Positions 1 to 8,820 of a stretch of DNA of 15,285 bases are shown piece by piece; position 1 is the stretch's first letter, and every line of letters starts with the position of its first letter. This DNA comes from an uncultured bacterium (GTDB taxonomy: Bacteria; Hydrogenedentota; Hydrogenedentia; Hydrogenedentales; JAEUWI01). The position numbers and the translations under genes are program-made. The DNA is taken from the NCBI GenBank assembly GCA_963977445.1, contig CAXBPH010000166.1, positions 1-15,285 on the forward strand. Reading direction: 5' to 3'. The notes under the pieces are model-generated. The model had not been told where the DNA came from and made no database searches. It worked only from the letters and a program-made list of their open reading frames with translations.

Positions 1-152
1 CATCGAAAAATAGGGGCCCGTTTAACGGATCTTGTGTACGTGCATGCTTTAATGCGATTGCTCTGGGCTACGAACGGCCTTCTTCACCGAACTCCGCGTT
101 GCGAGCCCTTGAAAATACCCGTATTTCCGGTGGACTCGCGCCTTGATTTCGG

Positions 153-545
153 TCAAGAATGCTCGTTCTCGCTTTCGCGCGCCTTTGGCAACGGGCGGCT
201 AGCGTCAGGGCAATCCATCGCTTTGACCGCCTCGTAGCGCGACGCATAGATATCGAATATGCGAGACATCCGCACGAGTTCGAAAAGGGTGCGCACGGGT
301 TTGCTCATGTTGCAAAGGGCCAGGGCACCTTTACGATCGCCCATAGCCCGAAGGCAAGATAAGAGGGCACCCAATCCCGAGCTGTCTACGAATTGCAGCG
401 CCTCCAGGTCGAGTAACACACACGTATGCTCGTTCAAGACCGGCTGCACTTCTTCCTTGAAGACCTTTGCATTGCTGGCGTCCAGGCTGTCCTGGGTGAA
501 GGCGACGATCGCGATGCCATTTTCTACCTGGGGACGAGTTATCAT
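153..545 (-). CDS. STAS-domain anti-sigma factor antagonist (SpoIIAA/RsbV-like)
   Basis: 130 aa with typical STAS motifs (LDASNAKVFK, VLLDLEALQFVDSSGLGALL containing the phosphorylatable Ser, VRTLFELVRM). GAGAGG Shine-Dalgarno-like sequence upstream of the ATG. Starts 27 nt after the response regulator stop. Confidence 0.93.
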   Translation of the reverse strand: MITRPQVENGIAIVAFTQDSLDASNAKVFKEEVQPVLNEHTCVLLDLEALQFVDSSGLGALLSCLRAMGDRKGALALCNMSKPVRTLFELVRMSRIFDIYASRYEAVKAMDCPDASRPLPKARESENEHS

Positions 546-572
546 ACGCGTGTACCTCTCGAAATAGTTTCG

Positions 573-1286
573 CTAGACGTCTTCGCCTTCAAAGCGATAG
601 CCTTTGCCCCACACCGTCTGAATCAGCCGAGGCGCCGACGGGTCATCTTCCAGCTTTTTGCGGAGCCGACCCATATGCACATCTACCAGCCGTTCGTCCC
701 CGGTGTATTTGAAGTCCCAGGCCTGGCTGATGAGTTGACTGCGCCCGATAACCTGACCACGACGGCGGGCGAGGGCCAGCAATAGATCAAACTCAATGGG
801 CGTCAGTTTTACTTCCTGGTCGCTCTTCATGACGATGCGCGCCCCGGGATCGATGCTGAGCCCGGTGAATTTGAGAACCCCGCCACTTCGGGCGGTGCCT
901 TTGGCGCGGCGAAGTATGGCTTGCACGCGGGCCGTCAGTTCTTTTGGGTCAAAGGGCTTGGTGAGATAGTCATCGGCCCCCATGGTCAATGCAGCAACCT
1001 TCACGTAACTGATAGAGGTCGTCGTGAGCATCAGCACACAAGCGTCGGACTCTTTTCGCATCTCCCGAAGCACCTCGATACCGTCCATAGAGGGCGCGCT
1101 ATGGCTACCCGAATCGAGATTGATATCCAACACCACGAGGTCCGGTTGGCACTCGGCAATCTGCATGAGTGCATCCTGGCCGTTGGTCGCCTTGGATACG
1201 GTATACCCATCGTCTTCAAGCACCTGACACGTTCGTGCCAATGCGTCACTATCGTCTTCTACAACTAATATTCGTTCTGTCCGCAT
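573..1286 (-). CDS. OmpR/PhoB-family DNA-binding response regulator
   Basis: Receiver domain (ILVVEDD, PDLVVLD, LMLT, GADDYLTKPF) plus winged-helix domain (LTPIEFDLL, VDVHMGRLRKKLE, IQTVWGKGYRF). Start set at ATG 1286 (MRTERILVV), which has a GAGGG SD. The upstream extension to 1409 in the ORF track is low-complexity. Confidence 0.95.
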   Translation of the reverse strand: MRTERILVVEDDSDALARTCQVLEDDGYTVSKATNGQDALMQIAECQPDLVVLDINLDSGSHSAPSMDGIEVLREMRKESDACVLMLTTTSISYVKVAALTMGADDYLTKPFDPKELTARVQAILRRAKGTARSGGVLKFTGLSIDPGARIVMKSDQEVKLTPIEFDLLLALARRRGQVIGRSQLISQAWDFKYTGDERLVDVHMGRLRKKLEDDPSAPRLIQTVWGKGYRFEGEDV

Positions 1287-1335
1287 AGGAGGCCCCTCAT
1301 CCCTGTAATTGAAACCTCTGAAGTTCCCGACCAAA

Positions 1336-1351
1336 TTGACCTGAAGGTCAA
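1336..1351. promoter_or_regulatory. Perfect inverted repeat TTGACCT-GA-AGGTCAA, candidate operator upstream of the response regulator
   Basis: 7-bp perfect inverted repeat with a 2-nt spacer, ~50 nt upstream of the regulator start codon. Function is inferred. Confidence 0.45.
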
Positions 1352-1368
1352 GATAGCTAACAATCTCC

Positions 1369-1391
1369 CCCGTTCCCGTTCCCGTTCCCGT
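1369..1391. repeat. Short tandem repeat (CCCGTT)x3 + CCCGT
   Basis: Directly visible in the kinase-regulator intergenic region. It runs into TATAAT at 1391-1396 on the + strand. Confidence 0.8.
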
Positions 1392-1564
1392 ATAATTCCT
1401 GCACGGCACCGGGGCATTTAATAGACCTGCTTTTTGTAAACATCCGGTCGTTGGCGTACGAAAGTATTGCTGTGTACCTGACCATCGGACCTGTCGTTCA
1501 CGTGTATCGCTAACATCATTGTAACGAAATCAATGCCGACTATCTACATCGATAATACCGGTCT

Positions 1565-3046
1565 TCAAGCGCCGCGCAGTTCGACGTAGAGCCGTGCGCC
1601 TTCGCCGTCTTCACTCTCTGCCCAGACCCGGCCGCCATGGCGCTCGACGATACGCCGCACAATGGCGAGTCCAAGGCCGCTACCGGGATGATCGCCCTGC
1701 TCATGGATTTGCTTGAAAGGGGAAAATATGGTCTCCGCATGATTCATATCAAAGCCGATTCCGTTGTCCCGAACGCATACGCAGACCATCCCCTCATCGG
1801 CATCTGCCCGTTCAATCACGATCTCCGGATGTTCTTTGTGGGCACTGAATTTTTCAGCATTTTGAAGCAGGTTCACGAAGACCTGCTTGAGCAAGGCTTC
1901 ATCGCCCATACACGTCGGTAAGTCGTCTCGTGTCACCGACGTCAAAGAACCAGACAACATGGCGTGTTGCGCCTCGTCCACAATGGTATTGAGATCACAG
2001 GGCGTCAATGCCATGGGTTGGCGACCCAGTCGTGAAAAATTGAGCAAATGATCGATCATCTGCTGCATCTCTGCCACACCCTGGGAGATCATTCCCAGGT
2101 ACTCGTGCCCGCTATCTGTCAATTCGCCACCACTGCCATCGCCCAGCATCTGGGTAAAGGATTTCAAAAAGCGAAGTGGGGTGCGGAGGTCGTGGGCAAT
2201 GGTGTAGTTAAAGGCTTCCAATTCCCGCAGGGTGTCCTGCAACTCCTTGGTCCGATCGCTTACACGCTGTTCCAATTGTCGATTTGCATCCCGGACGTTG
2301 TCGGCGGCAAGTTCTTCCTTGGTGACATCCCAGGCCACAAAGACCGTGTGAATGACCTCGCCGTCGCGATTTGCGTAGGGCGTGTAGAACATATCCAGAC
2401 AACGACGTCCGCCCACCGGAAGTTCGACCCAGTGTTTCGCCTGTACCGCCTCGCCCTGGAAGGAGGTTTTGAGATGGGGCTTCACCACGGCGGTAAACAT
2501 AGATTTTCCCCAGACCGTCGCGGCACCGGAGCCAATGACTTCCTCGGGGGTCGTGCCGAAGGCGGCAGCGAAGGCACGATTTACCAGCTCATACGAATAC
2601 TCCTGATTGACCAGGGCCATGTATTGATGGGAGGTATCCAGAATGAACTCATATCGTTGCCAGAGCTCGTGGGTAGCAATTTGCTGGGTGACATCGCGGT
2701 GCAGCCACGTAGCGTACGGGCCTTCCTTGCGAATCTGTACTTCGTTCCACGCGGGCAATCCGTCTGCCCGTGTGTAGTCCACGCGAATGGGGGAATGGGG
2801 TTCGGGGTTTTCCAGGGATGAGCGCAGTTGACCAATGATCCCATCGGAAACGATAGGGCCAGAGAGAAAGGGATGGGCCTTTCCCTGCACGACATCTGTA
2901 TCGAGGCCGGTCATGGAGGCAAAGGAGTCGTTGGAATAGACCACCACATCGTCAAGGGTAATGACGATGCCAACACCAAGCTCGCCCAGCGCGCGAAAGG
3001 CGATGGCGGGTAGATCGGCGTGTTTGTCGTGTGATGCGGCCAACAC
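1565..3046 (-). CDS. Cytoplasmic PAS-PAS sensor histidine kinase (HisKA + HATPase_c)
   Basis: H-box FNYTIAHDLRTPL, N-box QVFVNLLQNAEKF, G1 DNGIGF, F-box IFSPF, G2 GSGLGLAIV. Two PAS/PAC-like segments ending in HRDVT and AWDVT. No clear transmembrane helix. The GTG start directly abuts the TAG of the upstream gene. Confidence 0.94.
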   Translation of the reverse strand: MLAASHDKHADLPAIAFRALGELGVGIVITLDDVVVYSNDSFASMTGLDTDVVQGKAHPFLSGPIVSDGIIGQLRSSLENPEPHSPIRVDYTRADGLPAWNEVQIRKEGPYATWLHRDVTQQIATHELWQRYEFILDTSHQYMALVNQEYSYELVNRAFAAAFGTTPEEVIGSGAATVWGKSMFTAVVKPHLKTSFQGEAVQAKHWVELPVGGRRCLDMFYTPYANRDGEVIHTVFVAWDVTKEELAADNVRDANRQLEQRVSDRTKELQDTLRELEAFNYTIAHDLRTPLRFLKSFTQMLGDGSGGELTDSGHEYLGMISQGVAEMQQMIDHLLNFSRLGRQPMALTPCDLNTIVDEAQHAMLSGSLTSVTRDDLPTCMGDEALLKQVFVNLLQNAEKFSAHKEHPEIVIERADADEGMVCVCVRDNGIGFDMNHAETIFSPFKQIHEQGDHPGSGLGLAIVRRIVERHGGRVWAESEDGEGARLYVELRGA

Positions 3047-4183
3047 CTACTCCGTTGGGTTATTTCCAAAGAGGGCGAGAAGTGTCTGGGCATAGGCCCG
3101 ATGACCAAAGTCGTTGGGGTGGTTCACACCGTTGCCCGTGATGTCGGCGAACCGTTTGTGTTCCAGCAAGGTCGTCCACAGCGTCGTCATATCGGCGACA
3201 GCGACTCCGGGCCCTTCCAGCGTCAACAGGGTATCCCGATATTGGGGGTAGAGCGCTGAGGCGGCATGAATCCAGTCGTCGTTGCCCAACATGGTGGCCA
3301 CCAGCACAAAGGATGTGGCGGGGTGTATAGCCCGGACGGCCTCCATCATCGCCACCGTATTCGCGCCATACTGTTCGGGGGTCATCCGGCCAGAGGCGTC
3401 GTTCATTCCAAAGGCGATTATGACGAGGTCGGGCTTTTTCTCGGCGACGGCGGGGGCCTGCTCAATACCCCAGGGGGTGGCCATGCCACTTACGGAATAA
3501 TTCGTGTAGCTAACCGGACTGCCGAAGCGCTCTTCCAGGGCACGGGAAAAGAGTGTGCCATAGGGTGGGGTGAGGGGCGCGGTATCGGATGTGGATGAGG
3601 CATCCAGGCCCGCCGAGATGCTGTCACCCAGGAGACAAATTGTTACGGGAGCCTTTGCTGCGAGTTTCTCACGAAAGGCCGGTAAGTGTTCCGTGGGCTT
3701 TGGCTGTGGGCCTCCCAGCGCCGTCCAGGCATCGGCCGCGTGGGTATAGGTGATTTCTACCTGAAGATTGTGAAATAGGGGGCCACCGGCAAAGAAGATG
3801 TCCCGGGTGTCGTCTTTATAGCGCTGGCCCGTCTTGCCGAGGGGTGGCTCAAAATCCGCCCGCGTGGTGAAGGGGATGGCCGAGTCGGCGGTGAGCGTGA
3901 TCGTTTGTTTTTCCACGTCTACGGTGTAGTCTTTTCCCTGTTCGAAGGTAGCGCCCGTGGGGGTGTGCACCAGGGACTTAATTTCGATGGGGGCAAAGAG
4001 GAGGGGGGCCGTCGCAAGTGCACCGGCCTCGGGCTCGAGGAAAAACAGACTTTCGCCGTGCATCGTTTCCGATTCCCAGAAGGAATTCAGGTGCCAGCGT
4101 TCGATGACGGACTCCGCCGTCGGGGCGATTCCGGTAACCAGAAGAGCGAGGGCTACAGCCCCGCCGCGTATTGCGAAATTCAT
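3047..4183 (-). CDS. Secreted SGNH/GDSL-family hydrolase (esterase/acetylesterase-like)
   Basis: Block I LLGDSIS, block II SVSG, block III FGMND, block V-like GNGVNHPN. Signal-peptide-like N-terminus (MNFAIRGGAVALALLVTGIAPTA) from ATG 4183, which has a GGAG SD. Confidence 0.88.
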   Translation of the reverse strand: MNFAIRGGAVALALLVTGIAPTAESVIERWHLNSFWESETMHGESLFFLEPEAGALATAPLLFAPIEIKSLVHTPTGATFEQGKDYTVDVEKQTITLTADSAIPFTTRADFEPPLGKTGQRYKDDTRDIFFAGGPLFHNLQVEITYTHAADAWTALGGPQPKPTEHLPAFREKLAAKAPVTICLLGDSISAGLDASSTSDTAPLTPPYGTLFSRALEERFGSPVSYTNYSVSGMATPWGIEQAPAVAEKKPDLVIIAFGMNDASGRMTPEQYGANTVAMMEAVRAIHPATSFVLVATMLGNDDWIHAASALYPQYRDTLLTLEGPGVAVADMTTLWTTLLEHKRFADITGNGVNHPNDFGHRAYAQTLLALFGNNPTE

Positions 4184-4269
4184 ATGATCTCTCCAACATA
4201 AAAACTGGGTGGTGTACGAAGTCTCATTGTGGTCTACAGCGTACCGCCTTGGCAAACCCCACGGGATCC

Positions 4270-6402
4270 TCAACGGCTCAAGGATTGATAGAAAGGCCCC
4301 TGTTTCCAGGAGGGTGTCAAGACGGCGTTGAGCAGAATATCCTGCTGCGGGGATTGCACCAACTGGTAGACACCCCGAAGTTGGCCCAATCCGGCCTCAT
4401 TCAGACGGAAGCCCTGAATACGGGCATCGTCTCCATGGTACGCCGGATAGAAAATACGGGTGTTTCCCGCCTCACCGTCGACCTTCGCCGGGACCGTCAT
4501 GGTGCGATTGAACAAAAAATTCGGATGGTCGGCCTCAAACACAAAGTCTACCGGGATTGCTTCGGGGGCCGGCTCAAATTCCAAGACCAGCACGTCGCAA
4601 TACATGGGCAAGGTGGGCTGTCTATCCGACACGTCGGTAAGTGATGGCAAGGCGACGAGTGTGCTTCCGTCGTCCAACTCCCGTCGCTCGGTGCGCAGGA
4701 GGGTGCGCTCTGCCGTGTCATAGGCCGTGAGCAGGGCAGGTACCTGGCGGGATTGCCACGCCCGTGCTGAGTAGAGTGGGAGCAACAGTAGGGCCACCAT
4801 CGCTGCAGCCACCAGGGTGCCCCGCTTGAGATAGCCCATGGCTGCCTGGAGGCCCGTCTTCCATGGGCTACCCTGGCGATCTCGCCATAGCGTCGTGCAG
4901 GCGCGATAGGCCCCATGGAGGAGGAAGCCCATGGCAAACAGGGTGAGTATTTCCATGTGGAAGGCGTGGCGCTCGCTGAAGCGAAGGGCCGGGTAGCCCG
5001 CCAGCACCATCATGCCGAGGAAAAGGGCCAGCGCGAGACGGGGGTTCACCGCGCCCAGCACCAGGAGCATTGCCGCTACATAATACCGTCCGCCGCCGGG
5101 TATGCCATTGATCAGGGCCTGCCGCCATTGGTAGAGGCGCACTATGAATTGGTTCGTGATGCCTCGGGGCGCGCCATTGGCCGAACTTATCTGGAGTTCG
5201 TCGACGATGCGCAAGACCGACGCATAGCCCCGAATTATCATGTCGGCAGGGAAGGTATGGACCATTTCCCGGAAGTAGGCTTTTCCCGCCTGGTCGTATT
5301 CGGCAGAATAATGGCGAAAGACTTCCGTGCGGCCCGTGGTGCGATGGGCGTGGTCCATCAGAATGCCACGGACGTATTCATCGAGGAAGGGGTCGCCAAA
5401 ATCGTAGGACGGGGCGCTTACCCCGAGACGTTGGTCGCAATAGGCGGTGAATCCGATGATGGTGTCGTGGGTGGAATTGTTGACGCCCGCCAGCACCCGA
5501 AGAATGGGAGTAGCGAGGATGGCAACGGCCCCCACAAAGACGGCAAGAATCAGGGCTCGTCGCCACCACGTTTGCTTGAGGTGTCCTGGAGACAAACAGG
5601 CCACCAGGACGCAAAACACCATGATTGCGAAGCTGACATCCTGCCGAAAGCCCAGTCCCAACCCTCCGAAGAATCCTGCGAGTGCCGCCAGAGGCAATTG
5701 AATCTTCAAGGGCAGTGGCCGTTTCAAGAGCCAGCCGAGCACCAGCAGGATGAGAAAGAAAAAGGGTGCCTTGCTGTAATCGCGCAATTGGGGCAACTGT
5801 TGAAGGTGTACCGGGGAGGTCATGAGCAGGATGCTGAAAAGGGTGGCGGTCCAACGTCCCATGCCCAACCGGAAAATACCATAGCCGAGGGCGTTGGTGA
5901 GCCCATAGAGCAGGCCATAGAGGGGTGTGAGAGATTGCCACGCCACCCCGAAAAGGTAGAAGGAGAGGGCCACGGACATCAGTAAATAGCGATGAAAACG
6001 CTGCCACTGGGTCCAGCCGGGGAATTGGGGTTCGGGGTGAAAGGCCTGCACCTCGTCGTAGCTCAGGTCACCGTGGTCTTCCGGCAAGAAGCGCGCGTCT
6101 TCCGGAATGTTTCCGCAGTCAAAGCTATCCGCACGAAGGTAGAGAAAATCTTCGAGGCCGGGCACGTCGTCGAGATGGGGATTGTTAAAGCCTTCGCCAC
6201 AGGCCACCATCACGGAAGGGCCAAAAATCTGCTGCCAGAACTCCGGTGGACCACCCCAGGTGCTCACATAGATCACGCCAATGAGGAAGGCGGAAAAAAA
6301 CAAGGCGAGGACGCGGCTGCCCTCGGGCCAGCATGAGTGAATCCATCCCCGGAGGGTATGGGTGAAACGCGATGTTGCCGTTGCTGCTTCCGGGGCGCTC
6401 AT
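4270..6402 (-). CDS. Large polytopic membrane protein, probable GT-C-fold (ArnT/PMT-like) glycosyltransferase with soluble C-terminal domain
   Basis: ~710 aa with many hydrophobic helices. The segment LGYGIFRLGMGRWTATLFSILLMTSPVH resembles the PMT/ArnT-type membrane pattern. ATG 6402 has an AAGGA SD. The CDS is well supported; the function is inferred. Confidence 0.7.
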   Translation of the reverse strand: MSAPEAATATSRFTHTLRGWIHSCWPEGSRVLALFFSAFLIGVIYVSTWGGPPEFWQQIFGPSVMVACGEGFNNPHLDDVPGLEDFLYLRADSFDCGNIPEDARFLPEDHGDLSYDEVQAFHPEPQFPGWTQWQRFHRYLLMSVALSFYLFGVAWQSLTPLYGLLYGLTNALGYGIFRLGMGRWTATLFSILLMTSPVHLQQLPQLRDYSKAPFFFLILLVLGWLLKRPLPLKIQLPLAALAGFFGGLGLGFRQDVSFAIMVFCVLVACLSPGHLKQTWWRRALILAVFVGAVAILATPILRVLAGVNNSTHDTIIGFTAYCDQRLGVSAPSYDFGDPFLDEYVRGILMDHAHRTTGRTEVFRHYSAEYDQAGKAYFREMVHTFPADMIIRGYASVLRIVDELQISSANGAPRGITNQFIVRLYQWRQALINGIPGGGRYYVAAMLLVLGAVNPRLALALFLGMMVLAGYPALRFSERHAFHMEILTLFAMGFLLHGAYRACTTLWRDRQGSPWKTGLQAAMGYLKRGTLVAAAMVALLLLPLYSARAWQSRQVPALLTAYDTAERTLLRTERRELDDGSTLVALPSLTDVSDRQPTLPMYCDVLVLEFEPAPEAIPVDFVFEADHPNFLFNRTMTVPAKVDGEAGNTRIFYPAYHGDDARIQGFRLNEAGLGQLRGVYQLVQSPQQDILLNAVLTPSWKQGPFYQSLSR

Positions 6403-6578
6403 GGTAAATCCTTCTTGAAAACGTCGAGTCGCACTATAGCATAGCCACGACATAGCTCGAAACCGATGGGCGCATCAAGGGCGGTGTTTCCCCACGGGGT
6501 CCGTAGTCTGTTACCATCGCTCCGTGATCGTCATCACCCTATTGAAGCAACATAATCACGGAGCCGATATTCCTGCCC

Positions 6579-8483
6579 ATGGAACCCGACCACGCACCCC
6601 GTAACGAGATTCGCCCCCTGATATATGGGGGCATGGGCTGGCTGCTCTTTTCCGTCATTGCGGTGTTGATTCGGGGCGTGCGCTGGGAAGAGACCTACGA
6701 ACACGCCCTCATCATCACGGGGCTTGTTCCCTATCCCGAAGGCCATCCCTGCTACCAATATTGTCGGAACGTATTCAGCGGCCAGAGTTATCTTTCTGCC
6801 CTCCTTCTCCATTGCATCGATTCGCCCCTCCTGGTCAACGGCTACCGCAACGTCCTTCAACTGGCTTTTTGCACCGTGCCTGTTTTCCTCCTGGGTGCCC
6901 GTTTTTCCGGTCGACCGTTTTATGGGCATATTTCCGTCGTCCTGGTCCTCGCAGGCATCCACCAGGGCTTGCAGAGTTACTACCCCATCGAGTCGTGGCC
7001 CCACATGTATGCCATCGGCCAAATCGGCACCGGCTACGCCCTGTTGGTCCTGGCGCTGTTGCTCTATGGGTGCTGGCGTACCGTCTGGTTTCTCCTTGGA
7101 CTCATGGTGGCCATCCACGTTGGGCAATTGCCCGTCATCGGCCTCGTCGCGGGTATCCAGTGGTTGATTTACCTGCGCCAGGGCAAGCATAGGCGTGTGT
7201 TGCAGGCTATCGGCTATTTTGCCCCTGGCCTCGTGCCCTGCGTGATTTTCTATATCATCAAGACCCGCCTCCACGTGCCCCTGCCCACCGAAGGGGCCTA
7301 TGCCGCCACCGGCGATATTCAGGCCATCTGGGCGGCCTACACGGAGCGCTACGACCTGCACCGGGGCTTCGCACGGCTTAATCCGTTCTGGAAAAGCTGG
7401 ATTGGTGTTGTGCTGGTGCTGGCACTCGCCGGATTCCGGGCGTGGCGTGAACGCTCGGCACCCAAGGAACAACAAGACCACCGCTGGGTCACGCTCTATG
7501 CCGCTATCCTGGCGAGCGTTGTTGGCACCATCTGGCTCATACACCAGGCCATGGGCGGTCAGATTCCCTTCCTGCTCCTCGGCTGGATGCCCTATCGACT
7601 GACCAACCACCTGGCCATACTGCTCGTGCCCCTTGCCCTCGGTGTATTGGCCCAAAGCCCCACCGACAAATCGTGGCCCCTTTTTGCACCACGACTCCTT
7701 GTCTTTGCGGTTCTTGGCTGGTTGGCCCTGACGCCCCTCTGGCATCTGGTCTTGCCGGAAGTCCTCTACAACCGCTACGCAGGCAATCCCGAAGGCGCCC
7801 TGTGGCTCCTGAGCGGCGGCGCGCTGGCGGCAACGGGTTACGCCCACCGCACGCGGGGAGGGGCGCTTCGCCTGGCGCTGGTCTTGTTGGCCCTGGGCAC
7901 CATTGTCCTCGGGTGGCTTTCCCCCTTTGCCCTGGCAGCCTGTGGTGCGGGGTTGGTCCTTGGTCTCTTGCTCCTGCGCTATGAGTCCCTGTGCCAGCTG
8001 GCCGGGCCGATAAACGCCTACCAGACGATTGCCTTGGTCACCCTCTTTGTATCGCTGCAGGTGAATCAATGGGCCCACCGGGAGCAGCTGCCCATACACC
8101 CCGTGCAACAGGAGGTGGTGGACTACCTCGCGGACCAGAACGAGCCCGACGCCATGCTCGTGCCGCCCTACTGGGACGTGGCCTGGCTGGCCAAGACGCG
8201 CCACCCGATTTTCGCCGACTACCAGGCGGCCCACCACATGACCTACATGCGCAGCCTGGCCCCGGCGCTGAAAAAGATGCACGAAGACGTCTATGGTTTC
8301 CCGGTCGACCGGGATTTGAACGGGCCGCCCCTGGCCGCCTGGCCCACCCGCAGCCAGGCCACCTGGAACGCCCTCGCCACGGCCTACGGGTTCCGTTACG
8401 TGCTCGCACCGGCGGAGATGGAACTCGATTTGCCCCGGGTACTCACCAGCCAGCCCTACAACCTCTACCGGGCCCTGCCCTGA
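6579..8483 (+). CDS. Polytopic integral membrane protein, possibly GT-C-like, function unknown
   Basis: 634 aa with numerous TM-like segments, an acidic loop after the first helix (WEETYEH) and a short soluble C-terminal domain. GC-rich third codon positions favour this frame over the antisense ORF. Confidence 0.75.
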   Translation: MEPDHAPRNEIRPLIYGGMGWLLFSVIAVLIRGVRWEETYEHALIITGLVPYPEGHPCYQYCRNVFSGQSYLSALLLHCIDSPLLVNGYRNVLQLAFCTVPVFLLGARFSGRPFYGHISVVLVLAGIHQGLQSYYPIESWPHMYAIGQIGTGYALLVLALLLYGCWRTVWFLLGLMVAIHVGQLPVIGLVAGIQWLIYLRQGKHRRVLQAIGYFAPGLVPCVIFYIIKTRLHVPLPTEGAYAATGDIQAIWAAYTERYDLHRGFARLNPFWKSWIGVVLVLALAGFRAWRERSAPKEQQDHRWVTLYAAILASVVGTIWLIHQAMGGQIPFLLLGWMPYRLTNHLAILLVPLALGVLAQSPTDKSWPLFAPRLLVFAVLGWLALTPLWHLVLPEVLYNRYAGNPEGALWLLSGGALAATGYAHRTRGGALRLALVLLALGTIVLGWLSPFALAACGAGLVLGLLLLRYESLCQLAGPINAYQTIALVTLFVSLQVNQWAHREQLPIHPVQQEVVDYLADQNEPDAMLVPPYWDVAWLAKTRHPIFADYQAAHHMTYMRSLAPALKKMHEDVYGFPVDRDLNGPPLAAWPTRSQATWNALATAYGFRYVLAPAEMELDLPRVLTSQPYNLYRALP

Positions 8484-8552
8484 ACCCAGCCTCGAAAAAT
8501 CAGGGCCGCGTTAGAATTTTTATCGGATTACAGAACTTTTTACGATTTATGG

Positions 8553-8582
8553 TTGAAATGGCTCCCCACAATTTTATACACT
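8553..8582 (+). promoter_or_regulatory. Putative sigma70 promoter of the tRNA pair (TTGAAA-N18-TACACT)
   Basis: -35-like TTGAAA at 8553-8558 and -10-like TACACT at 8577-8582, preceded by AT-rich sequence and ending 12 nt before tRNA-Phe. Confidence 0.55.
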
Positions 8583-8594
8583 ATGCGTCCCGGT

Positions 8595-8670
<76 letters not shown>

Positions 8671-8693
8671 TTTTCATTTTTTTACCTCTTTGC

Positions 8694-8769
8694 GCTGGAA
8701 TAGCTCAGTCGGTAGAGCGCTTCACTCGTAATGAAGAGGTCCGGGGTTCGATTCCCCGTTCCAGCCCCA
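8694..8769 (+). tRNA. tRNA-Thr (CGT)
   Basis: 76 nt. Acceptor stem GCTGGAA/TTCCAGC, anticodon arm CTTCA-CTCGTAA-TGAAG, T-loop GTTCGATTC, discriminator C, encoded CCA. Confidence 0.97.
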
Positions 8770-8779
8770 GTAACTATCT

Positions 8780-8820
8780 ACCACGAAACGACTTACGTAA
8801 ATGGTCGTTTGGTGGTTTTT
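8780..8820 (+). terminator. Putative intrinsic terminator after the tRNA pair
   Basis: ACCACGAAACGAC (8780-8792) pairs with GTCGTTTGGTGGT (8804-8816) with one mismatch, followed by a T-run. Confidence 0.65.

Noticed and set aside
1287..1409. 41-aa N-terminal extension of the response regulator in the ORF track
   Set aside because: It includes TGTGTG encoded by the CCCGTT repeat, and a better ATG with an SD lies directly before the receiver domain at 1286.
4915..8282. Long antisense ORFs (4915..5985 +, 6534..8282 -)
   Set aside because: Shadow frames of high-GC membrane-protein genes with no recognisable motifs.
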